Source: Eledone cirrhosa (Eukaryota). From it: a DNA stretch of 64,000 bases. Positions 25,060 to 41,300 of this stretch are shown here, one piece after another. The translations under genes and the position numbers were made by a program. The DNA lies in contig OZ024743.1 in the NCBI GenBank assembly GCA_964016885.1, forward strand, positions 136,958,001-137,022,000, written 5' to 3'. Each line of letters starts with the position of its first letter. The first letter of the stretch is position 1. The notes beneath the pieces are model-generated. The model saw only the letters and a program-made list of their open reading frames with translations. It was not told the DNA's origin and did no database searches.

Positions 25060-28000
25060 CCAACCACCCAGCACCAAGCACCAAGCACCAAACACCAAGC
25101 ACCAAACACCAAACACCAAGCACGAAGCACCAAGCGCCAAGCACCAAACACCAAGCACCAAGCACTAAGCACCAAACACCAAGCCCCAAGCAGCAAGCAC
25201 CAAACACCAAACAACAAGCACCAAGCACCAAACACCAAGCACCAAGCACCAAGCACCTAGCACCAAACACCAAACACCAACCACCCAGCACCAAGCACCA
25301 AGCACCAAACACCAAGCACCAAACACCAAACACCAAGCACCAAGCACCAAGCACCAAGCACCGAACACCAAGCACCAAACACCAAGCACCAAACACCAAG
25401 CACGAAGCACCAAACACCAAGCACCAAACACCAAGCACCAAGCACCAAGCACCAAACACCAAGCACCAAGCACCAAGCACCAAACAATAAGAACCAAGCA
25501 CCAAGCACCAAACACCAAGCACCAAGCACCAAACACCAACCACCCAGCACCAAGCACCAAGCACCAAACACCAAGCACCACACACCAAACACCAAACACC
25601 AAGCACCAAGCACCAAGCACCAAACACCTAGCACCAAGCACAAACACCAAACACCAAGCCCCAAGCACCAAGTACCAAACACCAAACACCAAGCACCAAG
25701 CACCAAACACCAAGCACCAAGAACCAAGCACCTAGCACCAAACACCAAACACCAGGCACCAAGCACCAAACATCAAGCACCAATCACCAAGCACCAAACA
25801 CCAAGCAGCAAGCAGCAAGCACCAAACACCAAACACCAAGCACCAAGCACCAAACACCAAGCACCAAGGACCAAACATCAAACACCAAGCACCAAGCACC
25901 AAACACCTAACACCAAGCACCAAGCACCAAGCACCAAGCACCGAACACCAAGCACATAACACCAAGCACCAAACACCAAGCACCAAGCACCAAACACCAA
26001 GCACCAAACACCAAGCACCAAGCACCAAGCACCAAACACCAAGCACCAGGCACCAAGCACCAAACACCAAGCACCATGCACCAAGCACCAAGCCCCAAAC
26101 ACTTAACACCAAGCACCAAGCACCAAGCACCAAACACCAATCACCAAACACCAAACTCCAAGCACCAAGCACCAAACACCAAACAACAAGCACCAGGCAC
26201 CAAGCACCAAACACCAAACACCAAGCACCAAGCACCAAACACCAAACACCAAGCACGCAGCATCAAACACCAAGCACCAAGCACCAAGCACCAAACACCA
26301 AGCACCAAGCACCAAACACCAACCACCAAACACAAAGCACCAAGCACCAAACACCAATCACCAAGCACCAAGCACCAAACACCAAGCACCAAGCACCAAA
26401 CACCAAACACCAAGATCCAAAGACCAAGCACCAAGCCCCAAGCACCAAGCACCTAAAAAAAGGCACCAAGCACCAAACACCAAGCACCAAGCACCAAACA
26501 CCAACCACCCAGCACCAAGCACCAAGCACCAAACACCTAGCACCAAACACCAAACACCAAGCACCAAGCACCAAGCGCCAAGCACCAAACACCAAGCACC
26601 AAGCACTAAGCACCAAACACCAAGCCCCAAGCAGCAAGCACCAAACACCAAACACCAAGCACCAAGCACCAAACACCGAGCACCAAGCACCAAGCACCTA
26701 GCACCAAACACCAAACACCAAGCACCAAGCACCAAACACCAAGCACCAATCACCAAGCACCAAACACCAAGCAGCAAGCAGCAAGCACCAAACACCAAAC
26801 ACCAAGCACCAAGCACCAAACACCAAGCACCAAGGACCAAACATCAAACACCAAGCACCAAGCACCAAACACCTAACTCCAAGCACCAAGCACCAAGGAC
26901 CAAGCACCGAACACCAAGCACCAAACACCAAGCACCAAACACCAAGCACCAAGCACCAAACACCAAGCACCAAACACCAAGCACCAAGCACCAAGAACCA
27001 AACACCAAGCACCAAGCACCAAGCACCAAACAATAAGAACCAAGCACCAAGCACCAAACACCAAGCACCAAGCACCAAACACCAACCACCCAGCACCAAG
27101 CACCAAGCACCAAACACCAAGCACCAAACACCAAACACCAAACACCAAGCACCAAGCACCAAGCACCAAACACCTAGCACCAAGCACTAAGCACCAAACA
27201 CCAAGCCCCAAGCACCAAGTACCAAACATCAAACACCAAGCACCAAGCACCAAACACCAGGCACCAAGAACCAAGCACCTAGCACCAAACACCAAACACC
27301 AAGCACCAAGCACCAAACACCAAGCACCAAGCACCAAGGACCAAACATCAAACACCAAGCACCAAGCACCAAACACCTAACACCAAGCACCAAGCACCAA
27401 GCACCAAGCACCGAACACCAAGCACATAACACCAAGCACCAAACACCAAGCACCAAGCACCAAACACCAAGCACCAAACACCAAGGACCAAGCACCAAGC
27501 ACCAAACACCAAGCACTAGGCACCAAGCACCAAACACCAAGCACCATGCACCAAGCACCAAGCCCGAAACACTTAACACCAAGCACCAAGCACCAAGCAC
27601 CAAACACCAATCACCAAACACCAAACTCCAAGCACCAAGCACCAAACACCAAACAACAAACACCAGGCACCAAGCACCAAACACCAAACACCAAGCACCA
27701 AGCACCAAACACCAAACACCAAGCACGCAGCATCAAACACCAAGCACCAAGCACCAAGCACCAAACACCAAGCACCAAGCACGAAACACCAACCACCAAA
27801 CACAAAGCACCAAGCACCAAACACCAAGCACCAAGCACCAAACACCAAGCACCAAGCACCAAACACCAAACCCCCAAGCACCAAGCACCAAACACTAATC
27901 ACCAAGCACCAAGCACCAAGCACCAAACACCAATCACCAAGCACCAAGCACCAAACACCAAGCACCAAGCACCAAACACCAAACACCAAGATCCAAAGAC

Positions 28001-31000
28001 CAAGCACCAAGCCCCAAGCACCAAGCACCAAAAAATAAGCACCAAGCACCAAACACCAAGCACCAAGCACCAAACACCAACCACCCAGCACCAAGCACCA
28101 AGCACCAAACACCAAGCACCAAACACCAAACACCAAGCACCAAGCACCAAGCGCCAAGCACCAAACACCAAGCACCAAGCACTAAGCACCAAACACCAAG
28201 CCCCAAGCAGCAAGCACCAAACACCAAACACCAAGCACCAAGCACCAAACACCAAGCACCAAGCACCAAGCACCTAGCACCAAACACCAAACACCAAGCA
28301 CCAAGCACCAAACACCAAGCACCAATCACCAAGCACCAAACACCAAACACCAAGCACCAAGCACCAAACACCAAGCACCAAGGACCAAACATCAAACACC
28401 AAGCACCAAGCACCAAACACCTAACACCAAGCACCAAGCACCAAGCACCAAGCACCGAACACCAAGCACCAAACACCAAGCACCAAACACCAAGCACCAA
28501 GCACCAAACACCAAGCACCAAACACCAAGCACCAAGCACCAAGTACCAAACACCAAGCACCAAGCACCAAGCACCAAGCACCAAGCACCAAACAATAAGA
28601 ACCAAGCACCAAGCACCAAACACCAAGCACCAAGCACCAAACACCAAGCACCAAGCACCAAGCACCTAGCACCAAACACCAAACACCAAACACCAACCAC
28701 CCAGCACCAAGCACCAAGCACCAAACACCAAGCACCAAACACCAAACACCAAGCACGAAGCACCAAGCGCCAAGCACCAAACACCAAGCACCAAGCACTA
28801 AGCACCAAACACCAAGCCCCAAGCAGCAAGCACCAAACACCAAACAACAAGCACCAAGCACCAAACACCAAGCACCACGCACCAAGCACCTAGCACCAAA
28901 CACCAAACACCAACCACCCAGCACCAAGCACCAAGCACCAAACACCAAGCACCAAACACCAAACACCAAGCACCAAGCACCAAGCACCAAGCACCGAACA
29001 CCAAGCACCAAACACCAAGCACCAAACACCAAGCACGAAGCACCAAACACCAAGCACCAAACACCAAGCACCAAGCACCAAGCACCAAACACCAAGCACC
29101 AAGCACCAAGCACCAAACAATAAGAACCAAGCACCAAGCACCAAACACCAAGCACCAAGCACCAAACACCAACCACCCAGCACCAAGCACCAAGCACCAA
29201 ACACCAAGCACCACACACCAAACACCAAACACCAAGCACCAAGCACCAAGCACCAAACACCAAGCACCAAGCACAAACACCAAACACCAAGCCCCAAGCA
29301 CCAAGTACCAAACACCAAACACCAAGCACCAAGCACCAAACACCAAGCACCAAGAACCAAGCACCTAGCACCAAACACCAAACACCAGGCACCAAGCACC
29401 AAACATCAAGCACCAATCACCAAGCACCAAACACCAAGCAGCAAGCAGCAAGCACCAAACACCAAACACCAAGCACCAAGCACCAAACACCAAGCACCAA
29501 GGACCAAACATCAAACACCAAGCACCAAGCACCAAACACCTAACACCAAGCACCAAGCACCAAGCACCAAGCACCGAACACCAAGCACATAACACCAAGC
29601 ACCAAACACCAAGCACCAAGCACCAAACACCAAGCACCAAACACCAAGCACCAAGCACCAGGCACCAAACACCAAGCACCAGGCACCAAGCACCAAACAC
29701 CAAGCACCATGCACCAAGCACCAAGCCCCAAACACTTAACACCAAGCACCAAGCACCAAGCACCAAACACCAATCACCAAACACCAAACTCCAAGCACCA
29801 AGCACCAAACACCAAACAACAAGCACCAGGCACCAAGCACCAAACACCAAACACCAAGCACCAAGCACCAAACACCAAACACCAAGCACGCAGCATCAAA
29901 CACCAAGCACCAAGCACCAAGCACCAAACACCAAGCACCAAGCACCAAACACCAACCACCAAACACAAAGCACCAAGCACCAAACACCAATCACCAAGCA
30001 CCAAGCACCAAACACCAAGCACCAAGCACCAAACACCAAACACCAAGATCCAAAGACCAAGCACCAAGCCCCAAGCACCAAGCACCTAAAAAAAGGCACC
30101 AAGCACCAAACACCAAGCACCAAGCACCAAACACCAACCACCCAGCACCAAGCACCAAGCACCAAACACCTAGCACCAAACACCAAACACCAAGCACCAA
30201 GCACCAAGCGCCAAGCACCAAACACCAAGCACCATGCACTAAGCACCAAACACCAAGCCCCAAGCAGCAAGCACCAAACACCAAACACCAAGCACCAAGC
30301 ACCAAACACCGAGCACCAAGCACCAAGCACCTAGCACCAAACACCAAACACCAAGCACCAAGCACCAAACACCAAGCACCAATCACCAAGCACCAAACAC
30401 CAAGCAGCAAGCAGCAAGCACCAAACACCAAACACCAAGCACCAAGCACCAAACACCAAGCACCAAGGACCAAACATCAAACACCAAGCACCAAGCACCA
30501 AACACCTAACTCCAAGCACCAAGCACCAAGGACCAAGCACCGAACACCAAGCACCAAACACCAAGCACCAAACACCAAGCACCAAGCACCAAACACCAAG
30601 CACCAAACACCAAGCACCAAGCACCAAGAACCAAACACCAAGCACCAAGCACCAAGCACCAAACAATAAGAACCAAGCACCAAGCACCAAACACCAAGCA
30701 CCAAGCACCAAACACCAACCACCCAGCACCAAGCACCAAGCACCAAACACCAAGCACCAAACACCAAACACCAAACACCAAGCACCAAGCACCAAGCACC
30801 AAACACCTAGCACCAAGCACTAAGCACCAAACACCAAGCCCCAAGCACCAAGTACCAAACATCAAACACCAAGCACCAAGCACCAAACACCAAGCACCAA
30901 GAACCAAGCACCTAGCACCAAACACCAAACACCAAGCACCAAGCACCAAACACCAAGCACCAAGCACCAAGGACCAAACATCAAACACCAAGCACCAAGC

Positions 31001-32200
31001 ACCAAACACCTAACACCAAGCACCAAGCACCAAGCACCAAGCACCGAACACCAAGCACATAACACCAAGCACCAAACACCAAGCACCAAGCACCAAACAC
31101 CAAGCACCAAACACCAAGCACCAAGCACCAAGCACCAAACACCAAGCACTAGGCACCAAGCACCAAACACCAAGCACCATGCACCAAGCACCAAGCCCGA
31201 AACACTTAACACCAAGCACCAAGCACCAAGCACCAAACACCAATCACCAAACACCAAACTCCAAGCACCAAGCACCAAACACCAAACAACAAGCACCAGG
31301 CACCAAGCACCAAACACCAAACACCAAGCACCAAGCACCAAACACCAAACACCAAGCACGCAGCATCAAACACCAAGCACCAAGCACCAAGCACCAAACA
31401 CCAAGCACCAAGCACGAAACACCAACCACCAAACACAAAGCACCAAGCACCAAACACCAAGCACCAAGCACCAAACACCAAGCACCAAGCACCAAACACC
31501 AAACCCCCAAGCACCAAGCACCAAACACTAATCACCAAGCACCAAGCACCAAGCACCAAACACCAATCACCAAGCACCAAGCACCAAACACCAAGCACCA
31601 AGCACCAAACACCAAACACCAAGATCCAAAGACCAAGCACCAAGCCCCAAGCACCAAGCACCAAAAAATAAGCACCAAGCACCAAACACCAAGCACCAAG
31701 CACCAAACACCAACCACCCAGCACCAAGCACCAAGCACCAAACACCAAGCACCAAACACCAAACACCAAGCACCAAGCACCAAGCGCCAAGCACCAAACA
31801 CCAAGCACCAAGCACTAAGCACCAAACACCAAGCCCCAAGCAGCAAGCACCAAACACCAAACACCAAGCACCAAGCACCAAACACCAAGCACCAAGCACC
31901 AAGCACCTAGCACCAAACACCAAACACCAAGCACCAAGCACCAAACACCAAGCACCAATCACCAAGCACCAAACACCAAACACCAAGCACCAAGCACCAA
32001 ACACCAAGCACCAAGGACCAAACATCAAACACCAAGCACCAAGCACCAAACACCTAACACCAAGCACCAAGCACCAAGCACCAAGCACCGAACACCAAGC
32101 ACCAAACACCAAGCACCAAACACCAAGCACCAAGCACCAAACACCAAGCACCAAACACCAAGCACCAAGCACCAAGTACCAAACACCAAGCACCAAGCAC
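25060..32200 (-). repeat. Higher-order tandem duplication, period 3633 bp (2 copies), itself built from ~1.5 kb sub-repeats
   Basis: ORF pairs 25165/28798, 25732/29365, 26263/29896, 26698/30331, 27546/31179, 27899/31532 and 28392/32025 are all offset by 3633. Internal offsets are 1540 (24338/25878) and 1470 (25907/27377). Confidence 0.95.
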
Positions 32201-35200
32201 CAAGCACCAAACAATAAGAACCAAGCACCAAGCACCAAACACCAAGCACCAAGCACCAAACACCAACCACCCAGCACCAAGCACCAAGCACCAAACACCA
32301 AGCACAAAACACCAAACACCAAGCACCAAGCACCAAGCACCAAGCACCAAACACCAAGCACCAAGCACTAAGCACCAAACACCAAGCCCCAAGCACCAAG
32401 TACCAAACACCAAACACCAAGCACCAAGCACCAAACACCAAGCACCAAGCACCAAGCACCTAGCACCAAACACCAAACACCAAGCACCAAGCACCAAACA
32501 CCAAGCACCAATCACCAAGCACCAAACACCAAGCAGCAAGCAGCAAGCACCAAACACCAAACACCAAGCACCAAGCACCAAACACCAAGCACCAAGGACC
32601 AAACATCAAACACCAAGCACCAAGCACCAAACACCTAACACCAAGCACCAAGCACCAAGCACCAAGCACCGAACACCAAGCACATAACACCAAGCACCAA
32701 ACACCAAGCACCAAACACCAAGCACCAAACACCAAGCACCAAGCACCAAACACCAAGCACCAGGCACCAAGCACCAAGCCCCAAACACTTAACACCAAGC
32801 ACCAAGCACCAAGCACCAAACACCAATCACCAAAAACCAAACACCAAGCACCAAGTACCAAACACCAAGCAGCAAGCACCAATCACCAAACCCCAAGAAC
32901 CAAGCACCAAACACCAAACACCAAACGCCAAGCACCAAACACCAAGCACCAAGCACCAAACACCAAACACCAAGCACCAAGCACCAAGCACCAAACACCA
33001 AACACCAAGCACCAAACACCAAACACCAAGCACCAAGCACCAAACACCAAACAACAAGCACCAAGCACCAAGCAAAAAACACCAAACACCAAGCACGCAG
33101 CATCAAACACCAAGCACCAAGCACCAAGCACCAAACACCAAGCACCAGGCACCAAGCACCAAGCCCCAAACACTTAACACCAAGCACCAAGCACCAAACA
33201 CCAATCACCAAAAACCAAACACCAAGCACCAAGTACCAAACACCAAGCACCAAGCACCAAACACCAAGCAGCAAGCACCAATCACCAAACACCAAGCACC
33301 AAGCACCAAACACCAAACACCAAGCACCAAGCACCAAGCACCAAACACCAAACACCAAGCACCAAACACCAAAAACCAAGCACCAACCACCAAACACCAA
33401 ACAACAAGCACCAAGCACCAAGCAAAAAACACCAAACACGAAGCACGCAGCATCAAACACCAAACACCAAGCACCAATCACCAAGCACGAAACACCAGGC
33501 ACCAAGCACCAAGCACCAAACACCAAACACCAAGCACCAAACACCAGCCACCAAGCACCAAGCACCAAACACCAAACACCAAGCACTAACCACCAAACAC
33601 CAAACAACAAGCACCAGGCACCAAGCACCAAACACCAAACACCAAGCACGCATCACCAAACACCAAGCACCAAGCACCAAGCACAAAAACCAAGCACCAA
33701 GCACCAAGCACCAAACACCAGACACCAAACACCAAGCACCAAGAACCAAACACCAAACACCAAACAGCAAGCACCAAGCACCAAACACCAAGCACCAAAC
33801 ACCAAACCCCAAGGACCAATCACCAAACACTAATCACCAAGCACCAAGCACCAAACACCGAGCACCAAACACCAGGCACCAAGCACCAAACACCAAACCC
33901 CAACCACCATAGACCAAGCACCAAGCACCAAGCACCAAACACGCAGCACCAAGCACCAAGCATCAAACAACAAGCACCAAGCACCAAACACCAAACACCA
34001 AACACCAAGCACCAAGCACTAAACAGCAAGCACCAAACACCAAACACCAAACAGCAAACACCAAACAGCAAACACCAAACACCAAACAGCAAACAGCAAA
34101 CGCCAAACACCAAGCACCAAGCACCAAGCACCAAACACCAAGCACCAAGCTCCAAGCACAAAACACCAAACACCAAGCACCAAGGACCAAACATCAAACA
34201 CCAAGCACCAAGCACCAAACGCCTAACACCAAGCACCAAGCACCAAGCACCAAGCACCAAGCACCAAACACCAAGTACCAATCACCAAACACCAAGCACC
34301 AAGCACCAAACACCAAGCACCAGGCACCAAGCACCAAACACCAAGCACCAAGCACCAAACAACAAGCACCAAGACCGAAGCACCAAACACCAAGCACCAA
34401 GCACAAAGCACCAAGCACCAAGCACCAAAAACCAAACACCAAGCACCAAGTACCAAACACCAAGCACCAAGCACCAAACACCAAGCACCAAGCACCAATC
34501 ACCAAACACCAAGAACCAAGCACCAAACACCAAGCACCAAGCACCAAGCACCAGGCACCAAGCACCAAGCACCAAACACAAAACACCAAGCACCAAGCAC
34601 CAAGCAGCAAACACCAAGCATCAAACACCAAACACCAAACACCAAGCACCAAACACCAAGCACCAAGCACCAAACACCAAACACCAAGCACCAAGCACCA
34701 AGCACCAAACACCAAACACCAAGCAACAAACACCAGATACCAAGCACCAAGCACCAAACACCAAACACCAAGCACCAAGCACCAAACACCAAACACCAAG
34801 CACGCAGCATTAAACACCAAGCACCAAGCACCAAGCACCAAACACCAAGCACCAAGCACCAAACACCAACCACCAAACACAAAGCACCAAGCATCAAACA
34901 CCAAGCACCAAGCACCAAACACCAAGCACCAAGTACCAAACACCAAACCCCAAGCACCAAGCACCAAACACTAATCACCAAGCACCAAGCACCAAACAAC
35001 AAGCACCAAGCACCAAGCACCAGGCACCAAGCACCAAGCACCAAACACTAATCACCAAGCACCAAGCACCAAACACCACGCACCAAGCACCAAGCACCAA
35101 ACACCAAGCACCAAGCACCAAACACCAAACACCAAGATCCAAAGACCAAGCACCAAGCCCCAATCACCAAGCATCAAAAAATAAGCACCAAGCACCAAAC

Positions 35201-38200
35201 ACCAAGCACCAAGCACCAAACACCAACCACCCAGCACCAAGCACCAAGCACCAAACACCAAACACCAAACACCAAGCACCAAGCACCAAGCGCCAAGCAC
35301 CAAACACCAAGCACCAAGCACTAAGCACCAAACACCAAGCCCCAAGCAGCAAGCACCAAACACCAAACACCAAGCACCAAGCACCAAAGACCAAGCAGCA
35401 AGCACCAAGCACCTAGCACCAAACACCAAACACCAAGCACCAAGCACCAAACACCAAGCACCAATCACCAAGCACCAAACACCAAGCAGCAAGCAGCAAG
35501 CACCAAACACCAAACACCAAGCACCAAGCACCAAACACCAAGCACCAAGGACAAAACATCAAACACCAAGCACCAAGCACCAAACACCTAACACCAAGCA
35601 CCAAGCACAAGCAACAAGCACCGAACACCAAGCACATAACACCAAGCACCAAACACCAAGCACCAAGCACCAAACACCAAGTACCAAACACCAAGCACCA
35701 AGCACCAAGCACAAAACACCAAGCACCAGGCACCAAGCACCAAACACCAAGCACCATGCACCAAGCACCAAGCCCCAAACACTTAACACCAAGCACCAAG
35801 CACCAAGCACCAAACACCAATCACCAAAAACCAAACACCAAGCACCAAGTACCAAACACCAAGCACCAAGCACCAAACACCAAGCAGCAAGCACCAATCA
35901 CCAAACACCAAGAACCAAGCACCAAACACCAAGCACCAAGCACCAAGCACCAGGCACCAAGCACCAAGCACCAAACACAAAACACCAAGCACCAAGCACC
36001 AAGCAGCAAACACCAAGCATCAAACACCAAACACCAAACACCAAGCACCAAGCACCAAGCAGCAAACAGCAAGCATCAAACACCAAACACCAAACACCAA
36101 GCACCAAACTCCAAGCACCAAGCACCAAACACCAAACACCAAGCACCAAGCACCAAACACCAAACACCAAGCACCAAACACCAAACACCAAGCACCAAGC
36201 ACCAAGCACCAAACACCAAGCACCAAGCACCAAGCACTAAGTACCAAACACCAAACACCAAGCACCAATCACCAAACACCAAGCACCAAACACCAAACAC
36301 CAAGCACTAAGCACCAAACACCAAACAACAAGCACCAGGCACCAAGCACCAAACACCAAACACCAAGCACGCATCACCAAACACCAAGCACCAAGCACCA
36401 AGCACCAAAAACCAAGCACCAAGCACCAAGCACCAAACACCAAACACCAAACACCAAGCACCAAGAACCAAACACCAAACACCAAACAGCAAGCACCAAG
36501 CATCAAACACCAAGCACCAAACACCAAACCCCAAGCACCAATCACCAAACACTAATCACCAAGCACCAAGCACCAAACACCGAGCACCAAACACCAAGCA
36601 CCAAGCACCAAACACCAAACCCCAACCACCATAGACCAAGCACCAAGCACCAAGGCACAAACACCAAGCACCAAGCACCAAGCACCAAACACCAAGCACC
36701 AAGCACCAAACACCCAGCACCAAGCACCAAGCATCAAACAACAAGCACCAAGCACCAAACACCAAACACCAAACACCAAGCACCAAGCACTAAACAGCAA
36801 GCACCAAACACCAAACACCAAACAGCATACACCAAACAGCAAACACCAAACACCAAACACCAAACAGCAAACGCCAAACACCAAGCACCAAGCACCAAGC
36901 ACCAAACACCAAGCACCAAGCTCCAAGCACAAAAAACCAAACACCAAGCACCAAGGACCAAACATCAAACACCAAGCACCAAGCACCAAACACCAAACAC
37001 CAAGCGCCAAACACCAAGCACCAAACACCAAGCACCAAACACCAAGCACCAAACACCAAACACCAAGCACCAAGCACCAAACACCAAGCACCAAACACCA
37101 AGTCCCACGCACCAAGCAGCAAACACCAAGCACCAAGCCCCAAGCACCAAACACCAAGCACCAAGCACCAAGCCCCTAGCACCAAACACCAAACGCCAAG
37201 CACCAAGCACAAAACACCAAGCACCAATCACCAAGCACCAAACACCAAGCAGCAAGCAGCAAGCACCAAACACCAAACACCAAGCACCAAGCACCAAATA
37301 CCAAACACCAAGCACCAAGGACCAAACATCAAACACCAAGCACCAAGCACCAAACGCCTAACACCAAGCACCAAGCATCAAGCACCAAGCACCAAACACC
37401 AAGTACCAATCACCAAACACCAAGCACCAAGCACCAAACACCAAGCACCAGGCACCACGCACCAAACACCAAGCACCAAGCACCAAACACCAAGCACCAA
37501 GCCCGAAGCACCAAACACCAAGCACCAAGCACAAAGCACCAAGCACCAAGCACCAATAACAAAACACCAAGCACCAAGTACCAATCACCAAACACCAAGA
37601 ACCAAGCACCAAACACCAAGCACCAAGCACCAAGCACCAGGCACCAAGCACCAAACACAAAACACCAAGCACCAAGCACCAAGCAGCAAACACCAAGCAT
37701 CAAACACCAAACACCAAACACCAAGCACCAAACACCAAGCACCAAGCACCAAACACCAAACACCAAACACCAAGCACCAAGCACCAAGCACCAAACACCA
37801 AATACCAAGCACCAAACACCAGATACCCAGCACCAAGCACCAAACACCAAACTCCAAGCACCAAGCACCAAACACCAAACAACAAGCACCAGGCACCAAG
37901 CACCAAACACCAAACACCAAGCACCAAGCACCAAACACCAAACACCAAGCACGCAGCATTAAACACCAAGCACCAAGCACCAAGCACCAAACACCAAGCA
38001 CCAAGCACCAAACACCAACCACCAAACACAAAGCACCAGGCATCAAACACCAAGCACCAAGCACCAAACACCAAGCACCAAGCACCAAACACCAAACCCC
38101 AAGCACCAAGCACCAAACACTAATCACCAAGCACCAAGCACCAAGCACCAAACACCAAGCACCAAGCACCAAGCACCAAACACCGAGCACCAAGCACCAA

Positions 38201-38329
38201 ACACCAAACACCAAGATCCAAAGACCAAACACCAAGCCCCAATCACCAAGCATCAAAAAATAAGCACCAAGCACCAAACACCAAGCACCAAGCACCAAAC
38301 ACCAACCACCCAGCACCAAGCACCAAGCA

Positions 38330-41300
38330 CCAAACACCAAGCACCAAACACCAAACACCAAACACCAAGCACCAAGCACCAAGCGCCAAGCACCAAACAC
38401 CAAGCACCAAGCACTAAGCACCAAACACCAAGCCCCAAGTAGCAAGCACCAAACACCAAACACCAAGCACCAAGCACCAAACACCAAGCACCAAGCACCA
38501 AGCACCTAGCACCAAACACCAAACACCAAGCACCAAGCACCAAACACCAAGCACCAATCACCAAGCACCAAACACCAAGCAGCAAGCAGTAAGCACCAAA
38601 CACCAAACTCCAAGCACCAAGCCCCAAACACCAAGCACCAAGGACCAAACATCAAACACCAAGCACCAAGCACCAAACACCTAACACCAAGCACCAAGCA
38701 CCAAGCACCAAGCACCGAACACCAAGCACCAAACACCAAGCACCAAACACCAAGCACCAAGCACCAAACACCAAGCACCAAACACCAAGCACCAAGCACC
38801 AAGCACCAAACACCAAGCACCAGGCACCAAGCACCAAACACCAAGAACCATGCACCAAGCACCAAGCCCCAAACACTTAACACCAAACACCAAGCACCAA
38901 GCACCAAACACCAAGCACCAAACACCAAGCACCAAGCACCAAGCACCAAACACCAAGCACCAGGCACCAAGCACCAAACACCAAGCACCAAGCACCAAGC
39001 ACCAAGCACCAAGCACCAAACACCAAGCACCAAACACCAAGCACCAAGCACCAAGCACCAAACACCAAGCACCAGGCACCAAGCACCAAACAGCAAGCAC
39101 CATGCACCAAGCACCAAGCCCCAAAAACTTAACACCAAGCACCAAGCACCAAACACCAAGCACCAAACACCAAACACCAAGCACCAAAAACCAAACACCA
39201 AGCACCAACTACTAAACACCAAGCACCAAGCACCAAACACCAAGCACCAAGCACCAAACACCAAACACCAAGAACCAAGCACCAAACACCAAGCACCAAG
39301 GACCAAGCACCAGGCACCAAGCACCAAGCACCAAACACAAAACACCAAGCACCAAGCACCAAGCAGCAAACACCAAGCATCAAACACCAAACACCAAACA
39401 TCAAGCACCAAACACCAAGCACCAAGCACCAAACACCAAACACCAAGCACCAAGCACCAAACAACAAGCACCAGGCACCAAACACCAAACACCAAACACC
39501 AAGCACGCAGCATCAAACACCAAGCACCAAGCACCAAGCACCAAACACCAAGCACCAAGCACCAAGCACCAAGCACCAAACACCAAACACCAAGCACCAA
39601 ACACCAGCCACCATGCACCAAGCACCAAGCACCAAACACCAAACACCAAGCACTAAGCACCAAACACCAAACAACAAGCACCAAGCACCAAACACCAAAC
39701 ACCAAGCACGCATCACCAAGCACCAAGCACCAAGCACCAAACACCAAGCACCAAGCACCAAACACCAAGCACCAAGCACCAAGCACCAAACACCAAACAC
39801 CAAACACCAAGCACCAAGAACCAAACACCAAACACCAAACAGCAAGCACCAAGCACCAAACACCAAGCACCAAACACCAAACCCCAAGCACCAATCACAA
39901 AACACTAATCACCAAGCACCAAGCAACAAACACCGAGCACCAAGCATCAAGCACCAAACCCCAAGCACCAAAGACCAAGCACCAAGCACCAAGGACCAAA
40001 CACCAAGCAGCAAGCAGCAAGCACCAAACACCAAACACCAAGCACCAAGCACCAAACACCAAGCACCAAGGACCAAACATCAAACACCAAGCACCAAGCA
40101 CCAAACACCTAACACCAAGCACCAAGCACCAAGCACCAAGCACCGAACACCAAGCACATAACACCAAGCACCAAACACCAAGCACCAAGCACCAAACACC
40201 AAGCACCAAGCACCAAGCACCAAGCACCAAACACCAATCACCAAAAACCAAACACCAAGCACCAAGTACCAAACACCAAGCACCAAGCACCAAACACCAA
40301 GCACCAAGCACCAATCACCAAACACCAAGAACCAAGCACCAAACACCAAGCACCAAGCACCAAGCACCAGGCACCAAGCACCAAGCACCAAACACAAAAC
40401 ACCAAGCACCAAGCACCAAGCAGCAAACACCAAGCAGCAAACACCAAACACCAAACACCAAGCACCAAGCACCAAGCAGCAAACAGCAAGCATCAAACAC
40501 CAAACACCAAACACCAAGCACCAAACACCACGCACCAAGGACCAAACACCAAACACCAAGCACCAAACACCAAGCACCAAACACCAAGCTCCAAACACCA
40601 AGCACCAAACACCAAACACCAAGCACCAAGCACCAAGCACCAAACACCAACTACCAAACACCAAGCACCAAACACCAAGTCCCACGCACCAAGCAGCAAA
40701 CACCAAGCACCAAGCCCCAAGCACCAATCACCAAGCACCAAACACCAAGCAGCAAGCAGCAAGCACCAAACACCAAACACCAAGCACCAAGCACCAAATA
40801 CCAAACACCAAGCACCAAGGACCAAACATCAAACACCAAGCACCAAGCACCAAACGCCTAACACCAAGCACCAAGCACCAAGCACCAAGCACCAAACACC
40901 AAGCACCAAACACCAAACACCAAACACCAAGCACCAAGCACCAAGCGCCAAGCACCAAACACCAAGCACCAAGCACTAAGCACCAAACACCAAGCCCCAA
41001 GCAGCAAGCACCAAACACCAAACACCAAGCACGAAGCACCAAACACCAAGCACCAAGCACCAAGCACCTAGCACCAAACACCAAACACCAAGCACCAAGC
41101 ACCAAACACCAAGCACCAATCACCAAGCACCAAACACCAAGCAGCAAGCAGTAAGCACCAAACACCAAACACCAAGCACCAAGCCCCAACCACCAAGCAC
41201 CAAGGACCAAACATCAAACACCAAGCACCAAGCACCAAACACCTAACACCAAGCACCAAGCACCAAGCACCAAGCACCGAACACCAAGCACCAAACACCA

